Positions 10,325 to 21,075 of a stretch of DNA of 64,000 nt are shown one piece after another. Below the pieces are notes generated by a model. That model saw nothing but the letters and a program-made list of their open reading frames with translations, did no database searches and was not told the DNA's origin. Every line of letters starts with the position of its first letter. Position 1 is the first letter of the stretch. This DNA is from Thermoanaerobaculia bacterium. Lineage in GTDB: Bacteria > Acidobacteriota > Thermoanaerobaculia > Multivoradales > JAIOJS01. The stretch spans positions 384-64,383 of the forward strand of contig CAWINM010000015.1 in the NCBI GenBank assembly GCA_963837455.1. The letters run 5' to 3'. The translations under genes were made by a program, and so were the position numbers.

Positions 10325-12271
10325 GTGGTGAAGAAGACGTCTCGCCCCGCACGCGTCAGCCCCTCGGCACCGGCTCCCGGAACCCCTGCCCTCACGGGCC
10401 GTGGCGCCACCGCCGCGGTGCTGCTCGCCGCCCTGGCGCTCATCGGCCTCGCCTTCTGGCCGGCGGTGCACGGCGGCTTCGTCTACGACGATCACCAGCA
10501 GATCGAGGACAACCCGCTCATCCAGCAAGCCCAGCTGCTCGGCAAGGCCCTCACCTCCGACGTCTGGGCATTCAGCGGCAACGCAGTGGAGACCACCAGC
10601 AACTACTGGCGCCCGCTGTTCGTGGCCACGCTCGCCGTCGAGTATCACTGGTTTGGGGCTCACCCCTTCGGCTGGCACCTCGTGAACCTCGCGCTGCACG
10701 GGCTCGCCACGCTGCTCGCCTTCTTCGCCTTGCGCGGCATGGGCGCCCGCCCCGAGGTCTGCGCCGCGGTCACCCTGCTGTTCGCCGTCCACCCGGCGCA
10801 CGTCGAGTCGGTGGCCTGGATCTCCGGCTCTCCCGACCCGCTGGCGACGTCCCTGCTGCTGGGCGCTTTCCTCTGTCACCTGCGAGCGCGAGCCCGCGGC
10901 GGCCTCGGCACGCGCGGGGGCGCCCTGGCGCTCTTCGCCGCCGCCCTTCTCTGCAAGGAAATCGCCATCGTCTTCCCGCTCGTGGTCTTCGGCAGCGAGC
11001 TGGTGCTCGACAGCGGCGACCATCTGCCGAGGCGGAAGCCGCGCCGCTCGCCGTTCGGTCCCGCGCTGCGCGCGGCGCTCCCCTACCTCGCGGTCACCGC
11101 CGTCTACCTGGCCATCCGCGTCGCCCTGGTGGGCATGACCCACGTCATCCCGCCCGGCGCCCCCGGTCTCGACGGCGTCGTCCTCACCGCCCCGGCCCTG
11201 CTGCTGTTCTACCTGCGGCGGATCTTCCTTCCCCTCCACCCCGGCCCGAGCTACCCGCTGGCGCCCGTCGCCACGGCCTCGCTGCACGACTTCGTCCTGC
11301 CGCTGGTGGCCGCCGCGATCCTCGCGCTCGGCGCCTGGTGGCTCTCGCGCCGGCAGCGAGTCGAGCGCCTGGCCCTGCTCTGGTTCCTGCTGCCGCTCGC
11401 GCCGGTGTTCGACGTGCGGTCGTTCATCCCCGAGGACGTCGCCCACGACCGCTACCTCTACCTGCCGCTGTTCGGCGCCCTCGCCTTCGCCTTCGCCGCC
11501 GCAACGGCAGCGCTGGAGCGGCGGCTCGCGCCGTCCCGGGTGGCGGCAGTGGTCGCCGGCGGCGGTCTCGGGCTGGCGCTCGTCCTGCTGCCGGTCACCC
11601 GCGCCACCACCGCCGTGTGGACCAGCGACGTGACGCTGTGGGAGGCCGGCATTCATAGCAACCCCCACACCGCCTTCCCCCACGTCCAGCTCGCCGACGC
11701 CTACCGGCGCGCTGGCCGCATCGCCGAAGCCCGGCAGCAGCTCGCGCAGGCCCTGGCGCTCAACCCCGGCGTCACCGCCGCCCGCCTCGGCCTGGCGGCA
11801 CTGGACCGCCAGGCGGGCCACCTCGCCGAGGCCGAGCAGAACGTGCGTGTCGTCCTCACCCACTTCCCCGACCTGGCGCCCGCCATCGAGCTGCTCGGCC
11901 TCGTCTACCAGGACGAGGGGCGCTACGAGGAGGCGATCCCGCTCTTCGAGCGCGGGCGCCGCGCCCTCCCCTACCGTCGCGCCCTCTACACCGTGAACCT
12001 CGCCGTGCTCGACCGTCTCACCGGCCGTGCCGCGGCGTCGCGACGCGAGCTCGAGTCGCTCGTCCCCGAGCTGCCGGCGACGCGCGATCCCAAGGTGCTG
12101 TCGGCCTGGTTCTACCTCGGCGACCTCCACCGCGAGGTGGGCGAGGTCGCGCCGGCGATCGACTGCTACCGCCGCTACCTTGCGGCCACCGAGGGCCTCG
12201 ACCCCCGCGAGGTGGCCCGCCTGCGACAGGCCGCTGCCGTGGCGCTGCAGAGTCTCGGCGCCGGGCCGTGA
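10325..12271 (+). CDS. polytopic membrane protein with PMT/TMTC-like N-terminal region and C-terminal TPR repeats
   Basis: FVYDDHQQIEDNP...YWRPL...HLVNLALH...HPAHVESVAWISG motif series, about 10 TM segments, then TPR-like repeats (AYRRAGRIAEARQQLAQALALNP..). The start (GTG 10325) is tentative. Confidence 0.65.
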   Translation: MVKKTSRPARVSPSAPAPGTPALTGRGATAAVLLAALALIGLAFWPAVHGGFVYDDHQQIEDNPLIQQAQLLGKALTSDVWAFSGNAVETTSNYWRPLFVATLAVEYHWFGAHPFGWHLVNLALHGLATLLAFFALRGMGARPEVCAAVTLLFAVHPAHVESVAWISGSPDPLATSLLLGAFLCHLRARARGGLGTRGGALALFAAALLCKEIAIVFPLVVFGSELVLDSGDHLPRRKPRRSPFGPALRAALPYLAVTAVYLAIRVALVGMTHVIPPGAPGLDGVVLTAPALLLFYLRRIFLPLHPGPSYPLAPVATASLHDFVLPLVAAAILALGAWWLSRRQRVERLALLWFLLPLAPVFDVRSFIPEDVAHDRYLYLPLFGALAFAFAAATAALERRLAPSRVAAVVAGGGLGLALVLLPVTRATTAVWTSDVTLWEAGIHSNPHTAFPHVQLADAYRRAGRIAEARQQLAQALALNPGVTAARLGLAALDRQAGHLAEAEQNVRVVLTHFPDLAPAIELLGLVYQDEGRYEEAIPLFERGRRALPYRRALYTVNLAVLDRLTGRAAASRRELESLVPELPATRDPKVLSAWFYLGDLHREVGEVAPAIDCYRRYLAATEGLDPREVARLRQAAAVALQSLGAGP

Positions 12272-12319
12272 GCCGATCGCGCCGGGAACCGGCGGCGGCA
12301 CACCAGGGGCGCCACCCCG

Positions 12320-14164
12320 CTACCGCCGCCCGCCGACCATCAGCCGCAGCCGTCGCAGGCGCTGGTCGAGCTCCTCGGGCGACATGCCGGCGTACTTGGG
12401 CGGCAGCAGGCGGCGGCTGCTCGCCTCGAACACCGCCAAGAGCTCCATGTACTCGAGCAGCTCGACGTCGCGGCTCGGGAAGTAGTCGGCGGCGGCGCCC
12501 ACGAAGTTGCCCGCCAGCACCGGGGCGTCGGGGCCGCCGGCGCGCGCCGCGTCGTCGTTGGCGAGCAGGATCACCGCCTCGACGTCGGCGTTGCTGTAGC
12601 CGACCAGCTTGGCGCCGAAGCCCTCGCGGATGTCCTTGAAGTCGACCTCGGTGCGGATCTTGTCCTTCTTCACCAGCGCCCGCGCCACGCCCTCCACCTC
12701 CTCGGCCGTCTGCGAGTAGAGGAAGGGGATCTTGCGGTCGAGGCGGCCGGCGCGCTTGAGGTCGACGTCGAGCTTGTCGGGACGGTTGGTCATCACCAGG
12801 AAGAGGATGCGGCCCCGGTTGCTGGTGTCGGACATGAACTCCTTGATCCGGGCGATCACCCGCGACGAGGTGCCGCCGTCCCCCTCGCCGTCGGTGTTGC
12901 CGAAGGCGCGGTCGCCTTCGTCGATGATCACCACCACCTGGCCGATGGCCTGGATGACGCCGAGGATCTTCTCCAGGTTGCCCTCGGTGGCGCCGACCCA
13001 CTTGGAACGGAAGTTCTTGAGCTTGATCGTGGTGAGCCCGCACTCCTTGGCGAAGGCCTCGGCGACGAAGGTCTTGCCGGTGCCCATCGGGCCGGTGAAG
13101 AGGATGCCCATCGGCACGCGTGCGGTGCGCCCCTCGCGGATGCTCTCGGCCACCAGCAGCAGGTCGCGCTTGACCTCCTCCATGCCGCCCACCACCTCGA
13201 AGCCGTGCTGCGGCTCCACGAACTCGACCAGCCCGAAGCACTCGCGCTCGAGGATCTCGCGCTTCCGGCGGGCGATCAGGCGCTCGGTCTCGCGCCGCGC
13301 CCGCTCCGCCATGCCGGCGGCGTCCTCGGGAGGCGCCGGCGCGCCGGGGGCGAGCAGCGCCAGCACCTCCTGCCGCGACAGACCGGCGGTGAGCGCTGCG
13401 AGCTTGTGGGCCCGCGCCGCGGCGTCGGCGCCGTCGCCGAGCACGCCGGCGAGGAATGCCTCGCGCGAGGCCAGCTCCTCCTCGGCGGGCGGCGGCGGCG
13501 CCAGGATGGCGGCGATCTGGATGGCCTTGAGGCCGGCGGTGATCTCGGCGTAGCGGTCGGCGTCGGCCGGCTCGAGGCGCGAGTCGGCGAGCAGGGCCGC
13601 CGCGCGCCGGGCGTCGCGGTCGGGCATCGGCACCTCGACCACTGCCACCTTGGGGTTGCAGACCAGCTTGGGCGAGACCTCGGTGAGGTTCTCGGCGATC
13701 AGCACCACCACGTTGTCGCCGCGCTCGATGGCGGGCAGGAACGACCAGCGGTGGAGCATCACCGTCGCCGCGCGGTCACTGTCGGCCTGGAACGAGGGAT
13801 CGCCGGCGGGGACCAGGGCGTCGGCGTACTCGAGGACCACGGCGCTGCGGGTGCTGCTGGTGAGCAGGGTCTCGAGCGCCGCGAGGGTGCGGTCCTTGGT
13901 ACCGGGGGCCTCCAGCTCGTCGGGAAAGCCGACGTCGTGCGCGCGCTTGGCGAAGCGCACGCCGGTCGCCACGTTGTAGAGGACGATGGTCTGCTTGCTG
14001 TCGCGCAGCAGGGCGCCGGCGAGGAAGTCGGAGAGCGACAGCGGCTTGCCGTCGTAGAGGACGACGTCGTAGACGTTGCCGTGGAGCAGGAACATCGACG
14101 CCTCGCCACGCAGGTAGCGGCGGCGGAGCTCCTCGGCCCAGTTGGGTAGCGGACGTGCGGTCAT
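12320..14164 (-). CDS. AAA+ ATPase with a degenerate N-terminal half and one active C-terminal AAA module
   Basis: Walker A GPMGTGKT, Walker [10 protein letters not shown], and [24 protein letters not shown]. The N-terminal ~330 aa lack a P-loop. Start taken at ATG 14164 (MTARPLPNW..). Confidence 0.8.
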   Translation of the reverse strand: MTARPLPNWAEELRRRYLRGEASMFLLHGNVYDVVLYDGKPLSLSDFLAGALLRDSKQTIVLYNVATGVRFAKRAHDVGFPDELEAPGTKDRTLAALETLLTSSTRSAVVLEYADALVPAGDPSFQADSDRAATVMLHRWSFLPAIERGDNVVVLIAENLTEVSPKLVCNPKVAVVEVPMPDRDARRAAALLADSRLEPADADRYAEITAGLKAIQIAAILAPPPPAEEELASREAFLAGVLGDGADAAARAHKLAALTAGLSRQEVLALLAPGAPAPPEDAAGMAERARRETERLIARRKREILERECFGLVEFVEPQHGFEVVGGMEEVKRDLLLVAESIREGRTARVPMGILFTGPMGTGKTFVAEAFAKECGLTTIKLKNFRSKWVGATEGNLEKILGVIQAIGQVVVIIDEGDRAFGNTDGEGDGGTSSRVIARIKEFMSDTSNRGRILFLVMTNRPDKLDVDLKRAGRLDRKIPFLYSQTAEEVEGVARALVKKDKIRTEVDFKDIREGFGAKLVGYSNADVEAVILLANDDAARAGGPDAPVLAGNFVGAAADYFPSRDVELLEYMELLAVFEASSRRLLPPKYAGMSPEELDQRLRRLRLMVGGRR

Positions 14165-14339
14165 GGGCGGTGCGCGGATGGGCCGTTTGCGGGCGAACGG
14201 TTGGCTGTTGGCTTGGTCGCCAGCCGCATGCCGGCGCGTCGAGCCATCGTCGACGGAGTCATGTCTGGTGGAGTCATGGCTGATGGAGTCGCCACGCAAG
14301 CGAGCCGAGCCGTGCCTGCCAGCAACTCCAGCGTAGCGC

Positions 14340-15299
14340 TCACATCTCCCTCTCGATGTTGCCCAGCAGCTGCTCGGTGTCGCGCGTCGTCTCGCGGATG
14401 GCCTCGACGCCGTCGAGCAGCTCGTCGAGCTGGCCGGAGAGCTCCTGCGGCGACTGCATGGTGACGATCTGGTCGGCGATGAGCTGGAACGAGTTCTCGA
14501 TCAGGTCGAGCTGGCCCTTGGCCACCGAGAGGTAGCGGTCGATCTCGTGCATCTTCTCGATGCGCTTGTCGACGATCGCCAGGTTCTTCTTGGCGATGTC
14601 GCCCTGCTGCCCGTCCTGCTCGGACATCTTGGCGTAGCGCTGGCGGTCGCGCGCGAGCACGTTGGGGTCGACGCTGTGCAGGTACTGCTCGTAGCGCTCG
14701 CAGGTGAGCGCCATCTCGAGAAAGGCGTCGACGAGCTTGTCGGTCTTGACCAGCTCGCCGCGCAGCAGGTCGCCGGCGAACGAGGGGTTGGAGGCCGCCA
14801 GCCGCTGGATCTCCTCGCGGCGGGCAACCAGCCCCTCGACGCGGGCCCGCGCCTCCTCCGGCAGGCCTTGCATCCGCTGCGCGCGCTCGCTCGCCTGGAT
14901 CGACCTGCGCAGCTGCTCGAACCGCGGGTCCCAGAGAATGTGGCGCAGCCGCTGGCTGTCGGGCGCGTGCAGCAGCCAGATCGCCTCCAGCCCCAGCGTG
15001 GCCAGGCAGAGCAGCGGATTGACGGTGAGCACCGAGGCGGCGAGGCCGCCGCCGAACAGCGACAGGTTGTAGGGGTTGAAGAAGGCGGCCCGCAAGTAGG
15101 GGCGCTTGCCGAACACCGCCTGGTCGAGCACCTGGCGGCCGGCGGCGCCGAGGTCGGAGCGGAACGTCGAGACGCCCGGCGGGCGGCTGGCCACCGCCGC
15201 CGCCGGCCGGGCGGTCGCCGAAGCGCTCGCCGCCGGCGGCGCCGGCGCGCCGGGGCGCACCGCGGTGCGCGGCCGGACGGGCTTGTTCGCTTCGCTCAC
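14340..15299 (-). CDS. membrane-anchored coiled-coil protein of unknown function (XpaC/TelA-like architecture, tentative)
   Basis: Ala/Pro-rich N-terminus. Two hydrophobic helices ([32 protein letters not shown]). About 190 aa of heptad-like helical sequence follows. It lies directly upstream of the AAA+ gene on the same strand. Confidence 0.45.
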   Translation of the reverse strand: MSEANKPVRPRTAVRPGAPAPPAASASATARPAAAVASRPPGVSTFRSDLGAAGRQVLDQAVFGKRPYLRAAFFNPYNLSLFGGGLAASVLTVNPLLCLATLGLEAIWLLHAPDSQRLRHILWDPRFEQLRRSIQASERAQRMQGLPEEARARVEGLVARREEIQRLAASNPSFAGDLLRGELVKTDKLVDAFLEMALTCERYEQYLHSVDPNVLARDRQRYAKMSEQDGQQGDIAKKNLAIVDKRIEKMHEIDRYLSVAKGQLDLIENSFQLIADQIVTMQSPQELSGQLDELLDGVEAIRETTRDTEQLLGNIEREM

Positions 15300-15403
15300 G
15301 GCAGTCGGAGCTTAGCGCGGAGACCCCGCCCGCCGTATTTCGAGGGCAGCGGCCGCCGTCGGCCGGCGGTGGCGCGCCATGGGTACGCTAGCATCTCCCT
15401 TCC

Positions 15404-15997
15404 ATGCGGCACACCCCACGCGCCACCGTCATCGCCGCCGTCGCGCTCTCCGTCGCCGCTGCCGCCAGCGGCCAGTCGGGCGGCGCCGAGCGGTCGCCCA
15501 AGACACCCGAGGAGCTGCAGCGTCAGGACGGACACCGCTGGGACCTCAGCACACCGGAGAGCGCGGGACCGCAGCGGCCCCTGCGGGCGCGCGGCCTCCG
15601 CCATGCACTCGACGACTATCTGGCGGGAAAGGGAGCCTTGCGCAAGGACGTCGACCTGACCTGGGGGGAGCTCGTGAGCGGCAGGGGCGTGCCCTTCCTG
15701 GCGCTGGCGTTCGATCCCCCGCTCGATGGCGCCCTCGAGCCGGGCACCAGGGTGACGCTGTTCGGCGAGGTCCTCGACGCCGCCGGCAAGGTGACCAGCA
15801 GCTTCGAGGCCGACGACGAGGTGGAGCGCGCCGCCGACCGCGCCATCGCCGACGTCGCGCTGCGCCTGCCGCGCTCCGGCGGGCGGGCGCTGCTCGGCAT
15901 CGCCGCGCGCGGCAAGCCGGTGTGGCTGGTCGAGCGGCAGATCCAAGCGGGAGCCCGCGCCACCGCCGTCGCCGGGTTCCACGTCCTCGCGCCCTGA
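15404..15997 (+). CDS. secreted hypothetical protein
   Basis: Signal peptide [23 protein letters not shown]. Good third-position GC. No family recognised. Confidence 0.45.
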   Translation: MRHTPRATVIAAVALSVAAAASGQSGGAERSPKTPEELQRQDGHRWDLSTPESAGPQRPLRARGLRHALDDYLAGKGALRKDVDLTWGELVSGRGVPFLALAFDPPLDGALEPGTRVTLFGEVLDAAGKVTSSFEADDEVERAADRAIADVALRLPRSGGRALLGIAARGKPVWLVERQIQAGARATAVAGFHVLAP

Positions 15998-16026
15998 GGG
16001 CCGCACCGCCGACCCGGCCGAATGGC

Positions 16027-16938
<912 letters not shown>

Positions 16939-16942
<4 letters not shown>

Positions 16943-17781
16943 GTCGTCCTCTGCGCCAGCGGAAGAGCAGTCCGCAGACACGGCGGATGACGAAGTCGGT
17001 CAGCAGCCCGATGCCGCCGATGACGAGCAGGCCGGCGAACGACCACGACGCCTTCTGGTGGGTGCGCGCCAGCTCGACCATGTAGCCGAGCCCGTGCTCG
17101 GGGTTCACCGCCTCGGCCAGGATCACGTAGGTCCAGGAGATGGCGTTCATCACCCGGAACGAGTCGAAGATCTCCGGGCAGCGCCGCTGGCAGCAGCACC
17201 GTGCGCACGACCTGCGTCTTGGCTCGCGCCGAGCGTGCAGCGCCGTCTGCACCAGCTCCTCGGGCACGGCGCGGATGGCGGACACCACCACCGGCAGCAG
17301 GTAGACGAAGACGCCCAGGAAGAGGAACGCGATCTTCTGCTTCTCGTAGATCCCGAACCAGAGGATGAGCAGCGGGATGAAGGCGGAGATCGGCATGTAG
17401 CGCAGCGGCGCCATGATCGGCTCGAAGAGGCGGTTGACGGGCTCGAAGGCGCCCATCAGCACGCCCAGCGGCAGCGCGACGCGCCGACGCCAGGAGGAAG
17501 GCGATGGCGATGCGCCGCGTCGATGACGAGGATGGCGCTCGCAGAGGTCCTGCTCGATAGAAGAGCTGCAGCGTGCCCTTCACCACCTCGGTCGGCGAGG
17601 GCAGGAAGTCCGGCGGCGCCAAGCCGCCGTAGGTGAGCAGCGCACCACGCCCCGAGCACCAGCGACCGGCAGCCACGCAGCCCGAGCGCCGAGCGCGAGA
17701 CACCCCGCGGCAGCGGCGTCGCGGAGGCCGAACGAGGTCGTGCCGGCGTCGCGGCGGCGCCGCCTTGGCGTCGCTCGCCAC
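16939..17781 (-). pseudogene. ABC transporter permease (NitT/TauT-like), at least three frame switches
   Basis: PPDFLPSPTEVV.., PISAFIPLLILWFGIYEKQKIAFLFLGVFVYLLPVV and VMNAISWTYVILAE..LLTDFVIRR are distributed over ORFs 16939..17781 and 16896..17462. GTGA overlap with the ATPase start. Confidence 0.7.
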
Positions 17782-17787
17782 GCTCGT

Positions 17788-19447
17788 TCAGCCCTCCTCG
17801 GCGCCAGGACGACCTTGATGTCGGTGCGGCGGTTGAGCTGGCGCCCCGCCTCGGTCGCGTTCGGCGCGATCGGGTTCGCTGGACCCGCGGCCGATGGTCT
17901 GGAAGCGGCTGGCGGTGATGTTCGGGAAGTTCTTCAGCATGTAGTTCTTGACCGCCAGGGCCCGGCGCTCCGAGAGCGTCATGTTGGCTGGTGGCGGAGC
18001 CGGTCGAGTCGGTGTTGCCCTCGACCCGCAGATAGGTGTTGCCGAACGAGGTCATGGTGTCGCCCGAGGGAGTCGAGCACGAAGTACGAGCCGGGCATGA
18101 TCTCGTCGGAGCCCGGCGTGAAGTGGATCTGGATCTGCTTGTTGATGATGGCCCGGTCGTTGGCCGAGGGCGCCTTGGCCGCGAGCTTCGGCTCCTCCAC
18201 CTGCTGCCCCGGGTAGTCGACGGCGAGCGCGCGCGAGGAAGCGCGTGTCCGCCCAGTCCTTCGCGTCCACCGGCCGCGTCACCAGCCCCTTCTTGCGCCA
18301 GATGACGAAGGCGGTGTCGAAGAGCGTCTCGTAGTGCGCCTTGCCCGCCGGTGAGCCCGTAGAACTGCGCGTTGTCGGCGTAGGGGGTGAGCTTGAGACC
18401 CGGAGAGCATCCCGGAGACGGTGTCGGTGTCGAGCTTGAGCGCCTTGGCCGACGACGGCGTACGAGCCGGCCGGGTCCTGCTTCATCATCTCGATGCCGT
18501 CGAACCAGCCGTGCACGAAGTCGCGCAGGGTCTCCGGCGCCTGGTCGATGACGTCCTGCCGCGCGCACCAGCGTGTCGGCGATGATGTTGGTCGCCGCCG
18601 TGGTGGACACCAGGACGTGGGCCTCGTCGCCGCGCGCCTCGACCGCCGCCGAGAGGTCCGGCTCCCAGGTCACGGCCGCGTCGACCTGCTTGGCCTTGAA
18701 CATCGCCGCGGCCGCCGGCGCGTCCTGGGTGAAGATGATGTTCTTCTCCACCGCCGGCGCGGTCTTCGGGCGACAGCCCCGACTGCGCCAGCAGGTAGAG
18801 CAGCAGGAAGTGCGACGGCGTGAACTGCGTGCAGGCGACGCTTGACCCTGCGAGCTCCTCGATGGAGTTGATCGACGCCAGCGAGACGATGCCGTCGCCG
18901 CCGCGCGACCAGTCCTGCATGATGATCGACTTGGCCTGCTGGTTCTGCTCGGCGAGGACCGACGCCTCGCGGGCCCAGTTGTCGACGGTGTCCCACATGA
19001 TGTCGATGTCGCCCTTGCGGAACGCGGCGAGCTTGGCCGCCGGGATCCTCGAGCAGCACGAACTTCACGTCCAGGCCGTACTTCTGCTTGTAGAGCGACG
19101 TCGGCTCGGGCTCGAGGCCGCCGTTGGAGACGATGCCCGGGCGCGTGGCCGGCCCAGGTGTTGATCCCCACCACCAGCGGGCGGCCGAGGGCGGTGCCGG
19201 TGGCCGAGGGAGGCAGTGGCGACGCCGGTGACGCCGGCGTTGCGCTCGGGGTCGGCAGGGGCGTTCTTGAGCGCGTCGAAGTCGCTCGACGACACCGCTG
19301 GGCGGTCGGCGGCTGCGGCTCGCTCGGCTCCCGGTCGCCCACTGGCGGATGGCGGCACCCTTGTAGTGCCAGGCCGCGTAGCCGAGCACGCCGAGGATGA
19401 CGAGGGTGATGAAGAGCTTCGCAAAGCGGTCGTCAGGAGCTTTCGAT
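17788..19447 (-). pseudogene. ABC substrate-binding protein fused to a C-terminal OmpA-like domain; many frame switches and an apparently disrupted start codon
   Basis: N-terminal TM FAKLFITLVILGVLGYAAWHY. SBP body: GINTW.GH.PGIVSNGGLEPEPTSLYKQKYGLDVKFVLLED...DIDIMWDTVDNWAREASVLAE... OmpA part: NTYLRVEGNTDSTGS...LSERRALAVKNYMLKNF..NRRTDIKVV. The pieces lie in ORFs 18670..19389, 18486..18998, 17456..19342, 17979..18200 and 17788..17982. The start site reads AT-C-G AAA GCT. Confidence 0.6.
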
Positions 19448-19467
19448 GGTGATCGGTGCTCCTCGCG

Positions 19468-20181
19468 CTACATCGTCTTCTGGCCTTGGCAGCGGCCTGC
19501 TGCGCCGCCTTCTTGCGCCTTGAGCTCGGCGAGCTGCTGCTTGGCCTGCACGTCGCCGGCCTGGGTGCGCAGCGCCGCGAGCCGCGCGTCGAGCGAGGAC
19601 TCGGAGAGCTCCTTGCCGAGGTTGGCCTCGGCGATGGTGTTCTTGATGTGCTCGCGCACGTTGTCGAGCGCCTTCACCTCGGCGTCCACCGACAGCCCCT
19701 CGAGCTGCTCCTGGATGCGCAGCCGGGCCTGCGCCGACTGCATCTTCGCCAGCATGGTGTCCTCTCGGCCTTGAGCTTCCGGATCTCTGCCTGCACGCCG
19801 ATCAGCGAGGACTTGGCGGAGTCGGCGTCCTTCTGCGCCGTCTGCAGGTCGCGCCTTGAGCTCGCCGAGGTCGGTGGCGAGCTGGTTCTTCTTCTGGATC
19901 AGCACGACCGCCAGGTCGTCCTGGTTGGTCTCGACGGCGACGTTGAGCTCGGCCTCGGTCTGCGCGAGCTCGGCGGTCTGCCTTCTTCAGCCGCTCGTCG
20001 AGGTCCTCGCGGCGGCGGATGATGGCGGCGGTCGCCTTCTTGAGCTTCGAGTACTTCTCGACCATCGAGTTGATGGCGTTCTCGTAGGCGATCTCGGGGT
20101 GCTCCTTCTCGATGTCGGAGATCCAGAGCGAGAGGAACCCCGCCAGAGGTTGGCGAGGCGGGAGAAGATGCCGTTGGCCAT
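19468..20181 (-). pseudogene. pspA: PspA/IM30 (phage shock protein A family), at least four frame switches
   Basis: Reassembled from ORFs 19987..20184, 19802..20341 and 19468..19905: [15 protein letters not shown] / [52 protein letters not shown] / [43 protein letters not shown] / ..[40 protein letters not shown]. Confidence 0.7.
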
Positions 20182-20199
20182 CACTCAGCTCCTGAGGTC

Positions 20200-20889
20200 T
20201 CAGCCCTGCGGCTGGTTCTGCCCTTGCGAGGGGTCGATGCAGCTTCGGCGAGTCGCGCACCACGCGCGCCACCGCCTCCTGCCCGAAGAACTCCAGCACC
20301 TGCTGCACGTCCAGCTTCTCGTCGTTACAGGTCGTCATCACCGCGCTCCTGCTCCTGCACCCGCTGCGTCCATCACCTGCTTGATGCGGCGCGATCTCCT
20401 CCTCGAGCTGCGTGATGCGCGTCCTGCGACTCGGAGAGCAGCTTCTGCGGTGTCGGCGGCGCCGGCTCGGATGTAGGCCTCGAGCGCCTGGATCTCCTCG
20501 ACGCCGGCCTCGATGATCTTGTCGATCGGCACGCCGAACGCCTTGAGCGAGGCCTCGACGATCTGCTTCTTGACCGCCGGGTCGGTCTCGGCGGGGAGCG
20601 ACCGCAAGAGCGCCGCCGCCTTCTCCACCCGCTCCTGCTGGTCGCCGTCGACACCCGCCGCGCCGTAGACGGCGCCGAAGTCGACCTTGCCGCCGGGGGC
20701 GGGGGGAGGGTTGCTCATCGGCGTTACCGGCACCACCGGCTGGTCGGCCCCGTAGGGCTCGGCGCCGGCGGCGGGGTCGGCCGGCGCGTAGGCCGCGGCG
20801 TCCGCGACGCTTGCTGCGGTGGCGTCGTCCTCCGGTCGCACCACGAACCAGCCCAGCACGGTCGATCCCCAGCCCTTCTTGTCGCTCAT
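20200..20889 (-). pseudogene. hypothetical protein(s) immediately upstream of pspA. May be one or two ORFs (internal TGA 20338-20340 / ATG 20336-20338), with frame switches.
   Basis: [17 protein letters not shown].. (amphipathic N-terminus), a Pro/Ala linker, then a helical C-terminus ..[56 protein letters not shown]... The following [27 protein letters not shown].. segment sits in the next frame. Confidence 0.4.
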
Positions 20890-21075
20890 GATCGGGCTCG
20901 CATTGTATCTCCCGCCCCGTCCAGGAGGCTGATACGTGCCGTGCGCGGCCCCGATTCCTCCCTGCGGGGCGGCCGGCTGCCCGGGCCGCGGGCGAGCGCG
21001 GAGCGCCACCCGGCTCGGGCTCGAGCGCTGGCGCCTGCCGGCCGAAAGGGCCGCGGGGGCCTGCCCGAGCCCGCC

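Noticed and set aside
10271-12301. 676-aa minus-strand ORF
   Set aside because: It is antisense to the TPR/PMT-like gene. Its composition is Arg/Gly/Ala/Glu-rich and low-complexity, with no recognisable motifs. This is a typical shadow ORF in roughly 70% GC DNA.
20928-20940. sigma54-like GGCAC..AGC element upstream of the pspA-associated ORF
   Set aside because: The GG-to-GC spacing is one nt short (9 instead of 10), and the -12 element reads AGC rather than TGC.
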